Source: Nitrosopumilus sp. (GTDB lineage Archaea; Thermoproteota; Nitrososphaeria; Nitrososphaerales; Nitrosopumilaceae). Taken from it: a DNA stretch of 64,000 bases. How positions within the stretch are numbered: the first letter of the stretch is position 1; each line of letters opens with the position of its first letter. Of this stretch, positions 9,671 through 18,182 are shown piece after piece. The stretch covers positions 1,280,001-1,344,000 of the forward strand of contig OY763927.2 of the NCBI GenBank assembly GCA_963667665.2, written 5' to 3'. Position numbers and translations under genes: made by a program. Below the pieces are notes generated by a model. That model did no database searches, was not told the DNA's origin, and was given only the letters and a program-made list of their open reading frames with translations.

Positions 9671-11965
9671 CTATGCTGTGGTTCTCTTTACTTCAATTTC
9701 TATCGTTGAAACGTTTCTGGTTCTACCGTCTTGTGACTCTAATGCTTCAGAGCCAATTTTGATTTCACCAACAGCGTAGCCTGCACTTTCTGTTTTTCGT
9801 GCAATGATTTGAGCTACATCTACAGCACGGCCAATGCTCATGCCTCTAGCTTTGATGTAGACGGCTGATAAGTTTGCCAATTGAATAAGCGCTGATGTTA
9901 CATATGCCATCAATGGTTTCTTACCAATGAATATAGTATCTCTGGTACCTGAAGATTCTCTAGGTTTGGAAGACTGTGTATTTTCTCTAGGTTTGGAAGA
10001 CTGTGTATTTTCTCTAGGTTTGGAAGACTGTGTATTTTCTCTAGGTTTGGAAGACTGTGTATCTTCTGGAGTTTCTTTAGATTCAGAAGTCTGTGTATCT
10101 TCTGGAGTTTCTTTAGATTCAGAAGACTGTGTATCTTCTGGAGTTTCTTTAGATTCAGAAGACTGTGTATCTTCTGGAGTTTCTTTAGATTCAGAAGACT
10201 GTGTATCTTCTGGAGTTTCTTTAGATTCAGAAGACTGTGTATCTTCTGGAGTTTCTTTAGATTCAGAAGTCTGTGTATCTTCTGGAGTTTCTTTAGATTC
10301 AGAAGTCTGTGTATCTTCTGGAGTTTCTTTAGATTCAGAAGTCTGTGTATCTTCTGGAGTTTCTTTAGATTCAGAAGACTGTGTATCTTCTGGAGTTTCT
10401 TTAGATTCAGAAGTCTGTGTATCTTCTGGAGTTTCTTTAGATTCAGAAGTCTGTGTATCTTCTGGAGTTTCTTTAGATTCAGAAGTCTGTGTATCTTCTG
10501 GAGTTTCTTTAGATTCAGAAGTCTGTGTATCTTCTGGAGTTTCTTTAGATTCAGAAGTCTGTGTATCTTCTGGAGTTTCTTTAGATTCAGAAGTCTGTGT
10601 ATCTTCTGGAGTTTCTTTAGATTCAGAAGTCTGTGTATCTTCTGGAGTTTCTTTAGATTCAGAAGTCTGTGTATCTTCTGGAGTTTCTTTAGATTCAGAA
10701 GTCTGTGTATCTTCTGGAGTTTCTTTAGATTCAGAAGTCTGTGTATCTTCTGGAGTTTCTTTAGATTCAGAAGTCTGTGTATCTTCTGGAGTTTCTTTAG
10801 ATTCAGAAGTCTGTGTATCTTCTGGAGTTTCTTTAGATTCAGAAGTCTGTGTATCTTCTGGAGTTTCTTTAGATTCAGAAGTCTGTGTATCTTCTGGAGT
10901 TTCTTTAGATTCAGAAGTCTGTGTATCTTCTGGAGTTTCTTTAGATTCAGAAGTCTGTGTATCTTCTGGAGTTTCTTTAGATTCAGAAGTCTGTGTATCT
11001 TCTGGAGTTTCTTTAGATTCAGAAGTCTGTGTATCTTCTGGAGTCTGTGTATCTTCTGGAGTTTCTTTAGATTCAGAAGTCTGTGTATCTTCTGGAGTTT
11101 CTTTAGATTCAGAAGTCTGTGTATCTTCTGGAGTTTCTTTAGATTCAGAAGTCTGTGTATCTTCTGGAGTTTCTTTAGATTCAGAAGTCTGTGTATCTTC
11201 TGGAGTTTCTTTAGATTCAGAAGTCTGTGTATTTTCTGGAGTTTCTTTAGATTCAGAAGTCTGTGTATCTTCTGGAGTTTCTTTAGATTCAGAAGTCTGT
11301 GTATTTTCTGGAGTTTCTTTAGATTCAGAAGTCTGTGTATCTTCTGGAGTTTCTTTAGATTCAGAAGTCTGTGTATCTTCTGGAGTTTCTTTAGATTCAG
11401 AAGTCTCTGTATTTTCTGGAGTTTCTTTAGATTCAGAAGTCTCTGTATTTTCTGGAGTTTCTTTAGATTCAGAAGTCTCTGTATTTTCTGGAGTTTCTTT
11501 AGATTCAGAAGTCTCTGTATTTTCTGGAGTTTCTTTAGATTCAGAAGTCTCTGTATTTTCTGGAGTTTCTTTAGATTCAGAAGTCTCTGTATTTTCTGGA
11601 GTTTCTTTAGATTCAGAAGTCTCTGTATTTTCTGGAGTTTCTTTAGATTCAGAAGTCTCTGTATTTTCTGGAGTTTCTTTAGATTCAGAAGTCTCTGTAT
11701 TTTCTGGAGTTTCTTTAGATTCAGAAGTCTCTGTATTTTCTGGAGTTTCTTTAGATTCAGAAGTCTCTGTATTTTCTGGAGTTTCTTTAGATTCAGAAGT
11801 CTCTGTATTTTCTGGAGTTTCTTTAGATTCAGAAGTCTCTGTATTTTCTGGAGTTTCTTTAGATTCAGAAGTCTCTGTATCTTCTGGAGTTTCTTTAGAT
11901 TCAGAAGTCTGTGTATCTTCTGGAGTTTCTTTAGATTCAGAAGTCTGTGTGTTATCTGTCGACAT
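9671..11965 (-). CDS. albA: Alba DNA/RNA-binding protein with very long acidic tandem-repeat N-terminus
   Basis: The C-terminal ~90 aa are Alba (IFIGKKPLMAYV, IKARG.SIGRAVDVA, IGSE...NVSTIEI). There is no Met between ATG 11965 and the Alba domain. Confidence 0.85.
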   Translation of the reverse strand: MSTDNTQTSESKETPEDTQTSESKETPEDTETSESKETPENTETSESKETPENTETSESKETPENTETSESKETPENTETSESKETPENTETSESKETPENTETSESKETPENTETSESKETPENTETSESKETPENTETSESKETPENTETSESKETPENTETSESKETPENTETSESKETPENTETSESKETPEDTQTSESKETPEDTQTSESKETPENTQTSESKETPEDTQTSESKETPENTQTSESKETPEDTQTSESKETPEDTQTSESKETPEDTQTSESKETPEDTQTSESKETPEDTQTPEDTQTSESKETPEDTQTSESKETPEDTQTSESKETPEDTQTSESKETPEDTQTSESKETPEDTQTSESKETPEDTQTSESKETPEDTQTSESKETPEDTQTSESKETPEDTQTSESKETPEDTQTSESKETPEDTQTSESKETPEDTQTSESKETPEDTQTSESKETPEDTQTSESKETPEDTQTSESKETPEDTQTSESKETPEDTQTSESKETPEDTQSSESKETPEDTQTSESKETPEDTQTSESKETPEDTQTSESKETPEDTQSSESKETPEDTQSSESKETPEDTQSSESKETPEDTQSSESKETPEDTQTSESKETPEDTQSSKPRENTQSSKPRENTQSSKPRENTQSSKPRESSGTRDTIFIGKKPLMAYVTSALIQLANLSAVYIKARGMSIGRAVDVAQIIARKTESAGYAVGEIKIGSEALESQDGRTRNVSTIEIEVKRTTA
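9956..10063. repeat. 27-bp tandem repeat x4 (coding TQSSKPREN)
   Basis: Unit TTCTCTAGGTTTGGAAGACTGTGTATT, adjacent to the Alba domain. Confidence 0.92.
10050..11950. repeat. 36-bp coding minisatellite, ~52 copies plus one 18-bp half unit
   Basis: Unit GAAGTCTGTGTATCTTCTGGAGTTTCTTTAGATTCA with only three variable positions and no spacers. Half unit near 11041. Confidence 0.97.
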
Positions 11966-12079
11966 AACATTCAACCATTTAAGGATAATTTAAAGCTAAA
12001 GGAATTTTTTTGAATTTAATGGAAATTTTGCAAAAAATTTGAACTAATATTAACTACAAAAGAGTAATTTATTCTGAAC

Positions 12080-12634
12080 TTGGAAAATATTTCAAAGATT
12101 TTAGAATTAGGAAGTTGTGAAGAAAAAATCAAAATTTTACAAACATTAGATTGTACAAAAAATCCAGAATTTTTGGAAAAAATGATTTTAAAATTAGATG
12201 ATGATGATATTCAGGTTAGAGGAGAGGCATTTAGTTCACTTGTATTAAATGAAAATAAAATTTCAAATTTTTTAATTAAAAGTTTGAATTCTACAAGCAA
12301 AAATATCAGAGGTTTTGCATCATTGATATTAGCAAATAGAAATGAAACAACTGCAATTCCAGAAATTTTAAAACTTGTAAAAGATGAACGGTCTATGGTC
12401 AGAGAATGTGCAATTGGGGCACTAGGATATCTCAAAGCTCAAGAAGCTAAAGAAACTTTTCTTGAATCTCTGTTAGACTCTAATTTGGAAGTAAGAAAAA
12501 GTGCTCTTCAGGCAGTTATTGATCTAAATATTATAATTTCAAAAAATACAATAAATGAAATTAGTAAAGAAAAAGATCCTGAAATAAAAAAATTAGTTTC
12601 TATATTAAAAAAAAGTGGACCGGAAGGGATTTGA
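12080..12634 (+). CDS. HEAT-repeat protein
   Basis: Repeated D...VR..A..AL helical units. The 3' end overlaps tRNA-Ala. Confidence 0.8.
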   Translation: MENISKILELGSCEEKIKILQTLDCTKNPEFLEKMILKLDDDDIQVRGEAFSSLVLNENKISNFLIKSLNSTSKNIRGFASLILANRNETTAIPEILKLVKDERSMVRECAIGALGYLKAQEAKETFLESLLDSNLEVRKSALQAVIDLNIIISKNTINEISKEKDPEIKKLVSILKKSGPEGI

Positions 12635-12689
12635 ACCCTCGATCCGATGCATGCCATGCACCTATCCTACCGGACTAGACGACCGGCCC
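12616..12689 (-). tRNA. tRNA-Ala (GGC)
   Basis: Acceptor GGGCCGG/CCGGTCC-A, anticodon arm GGTGC-AT-GGC-AT-GCATC. Confidence 0.9.
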
Positions 12690-12815
12690 ATTAATCAGAA
12701 TTCTGATCGAATAATATTTTTCAAATTGGTTATTAACGTTTAGCGGTGTAAGTAAAATCTAGTATGAAGTTAACACAAAAGATATTTAACCATAATTAAT
12801 CATGATTGAATCGTT

Positions 12816-13676
12816 ATGGTGGTAGATAACAAAGCAACTGTCACATATGTTCAATTATTAAAAGAGGATCTTGTGATTATTAGATTAGTTCCAAAAGATG
12901 AAGAGGGTAATGTTGCTCCAGTTCCAGATTTTAAAGCTGGTCAATTTATCACATTGGGATTACCAAATCCTCTAGAAGGTGGAAAGATTGTTAGACGAGC
13001 ATATTCAATTGCATCGCATCCAGAAAATAAAGATTACATTGAGCTTGTAATTAGATGGGTTAGAAAACCACTTCCAGGTAGATTAACTACACAATTATTT
13101 AATTTAAAAGAAGGAGACGAAATTCTTTGGTTAAAACCTACAGGTAAAGCCCTTGACATTAACGAAGAACTTCCCAATGGAAAAAAAGATAGCAGACGAA
13201 TTATTTGTATAGGTGGAGGTACAGGCCTTGCACCATTCGTTAGTTTTGCACAGCATTTTCATGACACTGGAGATAAGCGAGAAATCATAGTATTACAGGG
13301 TGCAAGTTACGTTGATGAGTTAAGTTACAAAGATTTGCTAACTTCACTTGAAAATGAGAGTATTGAGAAAGGCAAAGATGTATGGAACTTTAAGTACAGA
13401 GCCGCAGTAAGTAGACCTCAAGAATGGTTTAACAGATCATGGGGCGGTCAAATTGGAAGAGTTGAAACATTTCTAAGACCTAGGGAGAATGGAATGTCAC
13501 CACTAGAAGAATTAATTGAGAAAAAAATTACTAAAGAGAATACAATTTTCTATGTTTGTGGTTGGCAAGGAACAATAGATGGTGTAATGGACTTTTTAAA
13601 GCCACTAGGTTTTGTTACAGAACATGACAAACGTGAAGACGGAAGCTTTGAACTCAAATACGAATCATACGGATAG
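12816..13676 (+). CDS. ferredoxin--NADP+ reductase family protein
   Basis: FKAGQF, RAYSIAS, GGTGLAPF and YVCG motifs, C-terminal YESYG. Confidence 0.9.
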   Translation: MVVDNKATVTYVQLLKEDLVIIRLVPKDEEGNVAPVPDFKAGQFITLGLPNPLEGGKIVRRAYSIASHPENKDYIELVIRWVRKPLPGRLTTQLFNLKEGDEILWLKPTGKALDINEELPNGKKDSRRIICIGGGTGLAPFVSFAQHFHDTGDKREIIVLQGASYVDELSYKDLLTSLENESIEKGKDVWNFKYRAAVSRPQEWFNRSWGGQIGRVETFLRPRENGMSPLEELIEKKITKENTIFYVCGWQGTIDGVMDFLKPLGFVTEHDKREDGSFELKYESYG

Positions 13677-13727
13677 AATTATCAAAAAATCAATCATTGA
13701 AATATGAGATTTATTTAGTGATTATAA

Positions 13728-14330
13728 TTGATTACTGCACTATATCTTGCGCATCTAAATCCACTGACAAATGCACATGTTGAAATTATTTCAGAGTTGA
13801 AAAAAGAAGCTGATATTGTTAAAGTCATGCCTGTAGTTTTCAGAGATGATGACAGAGAAATAAACAGTAAAAGTTTTCCATTTAATTTTGAAACCAGAAA
13901 GAAAATGCTCATATCAGTTTTTGAAGATTCAATTCAAATTACAGATGATTATGCATTTCTTGCTCCATTTAAAAAATACTTGCCACCTTTAGTCAGATCA
14001 AGGTCATGGAAATTAAAAAAACAAATTCTGCAGGGAGTAGAAGGAGATTATTTTTCATATACAGGAGACAAAGCTGAGGGTTATATGTTAAAAATGTACA
14101 GACTAAAACCAAAGTTAGGGAAAAGAAAATCACTTTCTGCATCATCTGTTAAAGAAAAATTATTTGATGCTGCACTTGGGAAAGAATCCACATGGAAAAA
14201 TGATGTGCCAGAAAGTATAATCAAGATAATTGAAGAAGAATGGAAAACAGTTGAGAAATTTGCAAATATGGAAGATAAAACTACTAGAGTTTTAGGAATG
14301 AAATTTCCTAAAGAAGGATATTCAAAATAA
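13728..14330 (+). CDS. cytidylyltransferase-like (HIGH superfamily) nucleotidyltransferase
   Basis: HLNPLTNAH (HxGH-like), FPF.FETR and LSASSVK motifs. Confidence 0.7.
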   Translation: MITALYLAHLNPLTNAHVEIISELKKEADIVKVMPVVFRDDDREINSKSFPFNFETRKKMLISVFEDSIQITDDYAFLAPFKKYLPPLVRSRSWKLKKQILQGVEGDYFSYTGDKAEGYMLKMYRLKPKLGKRKSLSASSVKEKLFDAALGKESTWKNDVPESIIKIIEEEWKTVEKFANMEDKTTRVLGMKFPKEGYSK

Positions 14331-14365
14331 ATAGAGATTAATACACATTCAGTAAAAAATTTTCT

Positions 14366-15283
14366 ATGAAACTTCCACTTTCAAAATATGTCTGGTTTGA
14401 TGGAAAATATGTTCTTACAGAAAAAGCTCAAGTTCCATTAACTACTCATGCAATTCATTATGGAACGTCAATCTTTGAGGGAGTAAGGGCATATTGGAAT
14501 GGAAAGAATCTCTATGTGTTTAGACTAGATGAGCATGTAAAGCGGTTTAGAAGATCAGGTCAGTTTTATAATATTTCACTTAATTTCTCTGACAAGGAAA
14601 TCACTGATGCAATTACTGGAATCTGTAAAAAAAATAAGATTAAAAAATCATGTTATATCAGACCATTTTACTTTGTTGGGGATTATGGAATAAATCTACA
14701 TGTAACAGAAAAGGCACCAACTAATGTTGCAATTTTTACATTTCCTTTTGGAAATTTGTTTAACAAGAATGGAATTTCAGCAGGAGTAGTATCTTGGAGA
14801 AAATTCTCAGATTTAGCTACTCCTTCACAAGCAAAAATGGGAGGAAATTATCTAAATTCTATAATTGCAACACAAGAAGCAAAAAGAAATGGTGTTGATG
14901 AAGCAATTTTGTTAGATCATAATGGAAATGTTAGTGAAGCGCCAGGAGAAAATATCTTCATTGTAAGAGATGGACAGTTAGTAACACCATCACTAGCATC
15001 ATCAGCACTTGAAGGTATTACTCGTGATGCAGTAATCAAAATTGCAAGAGATTTAGATATTGATGTAGTTGAGAGATACATTTCTAGAGATGAGTTAGTT
15101 ATGTCTGATGAGATTTTTCTAACAGGAACAGCAGCTGAAATCACTCCTATCATATCAATGGATTCAAAAAAGATAGGTAATGGTAAACCGGGAGATATAA
15201 CAAAGAAGATGATGCAAGAGTATACAGACATAGTAATGAACAAAAATGATGACTATTCTCATTGGTTAACAGAGGTGTATTAG
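14366..15283 (+). CDS. ilvE: branched-chain amino acid aminotransferase
   Basis: HYGTSIFEG, YIRP, AKMGGNY, LEGITR and FLTGTAAE motifs. Confidence 0.93.
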   Translation: MKLPLSKYVWFDGKYVLTEKAQVPLTTHAIHYGTSIFEGVRAYWNGKNLYVFRLDEHVKRFRRSGQFYNISLNFSDKEITDAITGICKKNKIKKSCYIRPFYFVGDYGINLHVTEKAPTNVAIFTFPFGNLFNKNGISAGVVSWRKFSDLATPSQAKMGGNYLNSIIATQEAKRNGVDEAILLDHNGNVSEAPGENIFIVRDGQLVTPSLASSALEGITRDAVIKIARDLDIDVVERYISRDELVMSDEIFLTGTAAEITPIISMDSKKIGNGKPGDITKKMMQEYTDIVMNKNDDYSHWLTEVY

Positions 15284-16219
15284 ATGAAAATTGTTCAAAT
15301 TGGAACCGGTGGATGGGGTAAAAACCATACGAGAATTTTATCTCAATTAGGTGTACTTTCAGCTGTTTGTGATGCAGATTCTCAAAGAAGTAAAGAATAT
15401 GGAGAAAAGTATTCTGTAAATCATTATGAATCATTAGATGAGCTACTTAGTTCAGAAGAGTTTGATGGAGCATTTGTAGTAACACCTACATCAACTCACA
15501 CAGAAATTGCAACAAAATTGTTAGATGCAAAAAAACATGTTTTTGTAGAAAAACCAATGACGTACAAATCTGAAGATGGTGAAAAACTTGCCAAACTTGC
15601 AGAGAAAAATAAAGTAGTTTTAACATGTGGGTATATTGAGAGATTTAATCCTGCAGTAGATGTTGTAAAAAAATTTGTCAAGGAAAAGAAATTTGGAGAT
15701 TTGGTAATGCTAGAATTTCATCGTGAAAATAGAATGCCTCTTCATATCAAAGATGTTGGGATTATCTATGATACTTCAGTTCATGATATTGATACTGCAA
15801 ATTGGTTGTTTGATGATATGCCACATGTGGTATTTGCAAGAGCAGGTAAAATAAAACATGAACATGAAGATTTTGCAAGCATTATGCTTGGATACAAAGA
15901 TGACAAAGTTGCAATCATTTCATCAAACTGGATTACGCCAAAAAAAGTTAGAAAATTTAATGCTGTATGTACAGATGCTATAATTTCATCAGACTTTATT
16001 ACTCAAGAAATCATTGTGGAAAAAAATGATGAATCAGAAATTATTCAAAATGAAAAACAAGAACCATTATTATTAGAAATTCAAAGTTTTCTTGGAGCAA
16101 TTGAAGGTAAAAATGAACAAGTTGTAAAATCACAAGAAGCAGTTAATGTTACAAAAATTGCAGAAGCTGCACTTTTATCTAGTCAAAAAGGAATACCAAT
16201 CTATCTAGATCTAAAATGA
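15284..16219 (+). CDS. Gfo/Idh/MocA-family oxidoreductase
   Basis: IGTGGWG, VEKP and D.SVHDID motifs. Confidence 0.9.
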   Translation: MKIVQIGTGGWGKNHTRILSQLGVLSAVCDADSQRSKEYGEKYSVNHYESLDELLSSEEFDGAFVVTPTSTHTEIATKLLDAKKHVFVEKPMTYKSEDGEKLAKLAEKNKVVLTCGYIERFNPAVDVVKKFVKEKKFGDLVMLEFHRENRMPLHIKDVGIIYDTSVHDIDTANWLFDDMPHVVFARAGKIKHEHEDFASIMLGYKDDKVAIISSNWITPKKVRKFNAVCTDAIISSDFITQEIIVEKNDESEIIQNEKQEPLLLEIQSFLGAIEGKNEQVVKSQEAVNVTKIAEAALLSSQKGIPIYLDLK

Positions 16220-16485
16220 ACAAAACAATGATGGATATTTTGGCATGCCCAATAGACAAAAATCACCCTCTAGAATTATTTGAAATTAAAGAGAAAGACA
16301 ATATTGTCTCCGAAGGAGCACTATTTTGCTCAAAATGTTCCAGATTTTATCCAATTATTGAAGAGATTCCAATAATGCTTCCGGATGAATTAAGAGACAA
16401 AAAACAAGAATTAGAATTTCTAAAAACTAACAAGGACAAATTACCTGAAAAAATTATTACAAAGGCAAACCCATGGCATTTGTGA
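16216..16485 (+). CDS. Trm112-family protein
   Basis: DILACP...L.C..C.RFYPI.EEIPIML pattern. Confidence 0.88.
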   Translation: MNKTMMDILACPIDKNHPLELFEIKEKDNIVSEGALFCSKCSRFYPIIEEIPIMLPDELRDKKQELEFLKTNKDKLPEKIITKANPWHL

Positions 16486-16489
16486 GATA

Positions 16490-16966
16490 ATGGTTACAAA
16501 TTTTATTTCTGAAAAAGCAAAAATTGGTCAGAATGTACAGATTTGGCATTTTTCATATGTTGGAGATAATGTAGAGATTGGAGACAATGTTAAGATTGGT
16601 TCTCTTGCACATATTGATTACAATGTAAAGATTGGAGAGAATACAAAGATAGAAGGTCAAGCATACATTCCACCGTTATCCATAATTGGAAAAAATGTAT
16701 TCATTGGTCCAGCAGTTGCATTAACAAATGATCCTTATCCCATGTGTGATAAAATGGTCGGTGTTACAATTAAAGACAATGCAATAATTGGTGCACGTGC
16801 AGTAATCAAAGCAGGAGTCACTATAGGAAAAAACAGTGTTGTTGGAATGGGCGCAGTTGTAACAAGAGATGTTCCTGAAAACACTGTTGTCATTGGTTCT
16901 CCAGCTACAATCAGATACACTAGAGAAGAATATGACAAGAAACAAAGAAAGTGGAAAGAGAGTTAA
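16490..16966 (+). CDS. hexapeptide-repeat acetyltransferase (WbpD/WxcM-like)
   Basis: Left-handed beta-helix repeats, FIGP...TND.YP motif. Confidence 0.85.
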   Translation: MVTNFISEKAKIGQNVQIWHFSYVGDNVEIGDNVKIGSLAHIDYNVKIGENTKIEGQAYIPPLSIIGKNVFIGPAVALTNDPYPMCDKMVGVTIKDNAIIGARAVIKAGVTIGKNSVVGMGAVVTRDVPENTVVIGSPATIRYTREEYDKKQRKWKES

Positions 16967-17193
16967 GACTTTATCTCTTTTTTAAAAATCAAGTTTTTCA
17001 ATTTAGACAGAATTAAAATCCATATTACAACTAAAATAATTGCAACTATTGCTTTAATTATAGATCCAATAAACATATCAAATTCACCAAATCCAGAAAC
17101 AGAAATTGGTCCTAATATTGTAACAACAATTCCACCGCCGACAAGTATCAAAATCCACATTGCAAACAAAAATCCAAAAAGATCAGACTTCAA
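16963..17193 (-). CDS. small two-TM membrane protein
   Basis: Hydrophobic 76-aa ORF coupled to the upstream gene. Confidence 0.65.
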   Translation of the reverse strand: MKSDLFGFLFAMWILILVGGGIVVTILGPISVSGFGEFDMFIGSIIKAIVAIILVVIWILILSKLKNLIFKKEIKS

Positions 17194-18182
17194 AGAGAAA
17201 CCCCCATCATAAATGCAGTAATTATAGCCAAAATTCCTGAAAATATAGCTAGTTTGAAAATTGCAAATCCAACTTGTTTTTCAGATAATGGCCCTCCTGC
17301 AAGTATCAGTCTTACCAAAGTAATAGGAGCAGTCTTGTCATCAGTTGCCCTAAGTAGGAAATCATCAGTATGATCTACTGGTTTTCCCTTGATTTGTCTA
17401 TGCTCTACTATTCGTTTTACGCTTGATAGGAACAAAAATGAGTTGATAACAGCAGGCAATAATGCAATGGCAGCTAAAATTTCTACACCACCTACAATTG
17501 CAATTGTTCCATACATTGCACCAAATGTTAATGCTCCTGAATCTCCGGGAAAAATCTTGCTTGGAACTTTATGGTATTTATAAAAAGCCAATGAAACAAA
17601 TCCTAGTGGCAAACTAACTATTGCAATTTCATAATTTTGTACAATAAACAAACATATCGACAATGAAAAACTTGCAATTACCATAAAGCCACTAGCAACT
17701 CCATTTAGAACATCAATTGAATTAATTGTATTTCCAGTAATAGGAATTATAAAAACTATCAAAGCAAGATAGAGTACTGGGATTTGTACTATTCCAAATA
17801 ACGGAAAGGCAAGATTTGAATCATATGCACCCAATGCGATAATGGGAATTGCTGCAAATGCAAGTGCAACAGGTTTGAACCAACCACCCATTACTTTTCT
17901 ATCATCAATGTATCCAATTACAAAAGCAGCAGACGTAGTAATAATTATGGCAAGAATTTCATTTAACTGTAAAAATGCATAAAGAACAATTTCTGATGCA
18001 ATGATTCCTACAATTATGGATGGTCCACCTGGTCTGACAACCATTACATCTTCTTTTTTGTTCATGTCTTTTACTGCTAGATTTCTTTTTCCTAGAAATT
18101 TGATTAAAGGAGGAGTCATTAGAAATACGACAAAAAACGCAACTATGCAAGAAGCTACTGCTGGAAGTATTAATTCAATCAA
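17190..18182 (-). CDS. UDP-GlcNAc:dolichyl-phosphate GlcNAc-1-phosphotransferase (MraY/GPT family)
   Basis: GYIDD, N.IN.IDVLNG and IFPGDSGA motifs; multi-TM. Confidence 0.88.
   Translation of the reverse strand: MIELILPAVASCIVAFFVVFLMTPPLIKFLGKRNLAVKDMNKKEDVMVVRPGGPSIIVGIIASEIVLYAFLQLNEILAIIITTSAAFVIGYIDDRKVMGGWFKPVALAFAAIPIIALGAYDSNLAFPLFGIVQIPVLYLALIVFIIPITGNTINSIDVLNGVASGFMVIASFSLSICLFIVQNYEIAIVSLPLGFVSLAFYKYHKVPSKIFPGDSGALTFGAMYGTIAIVGGVEILAAIALLPAVINSFLFLSSVKRIVEHRQIKGKPVDHTDDFLLRATDDKTAPITLVRLILAGGPLSEKQVGFAIFKLAIFSGILAIITAFMMGVSL

Noticed and set aside
10050-11950. 36-bp repeats as a CRISPR array
   Set aside because: The units abut with no unique spacers, they are in frame within a CDS, and there are no cas genes nearby.
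9927-11993. 688-aa plus-strand ORF (VSSGVSLDSEVC)n
   Set aside because: Antisense shadow of the stop-free repeat, with no domain or expression signals.
12616-12634. HEAT gene overlapping the tRNA-Ala 3' end as an integration scar
   Set aside because: No duplicated tRNA fragment. Short convergent overlaps are common in this compact genome (e.g. eif6/hisS).
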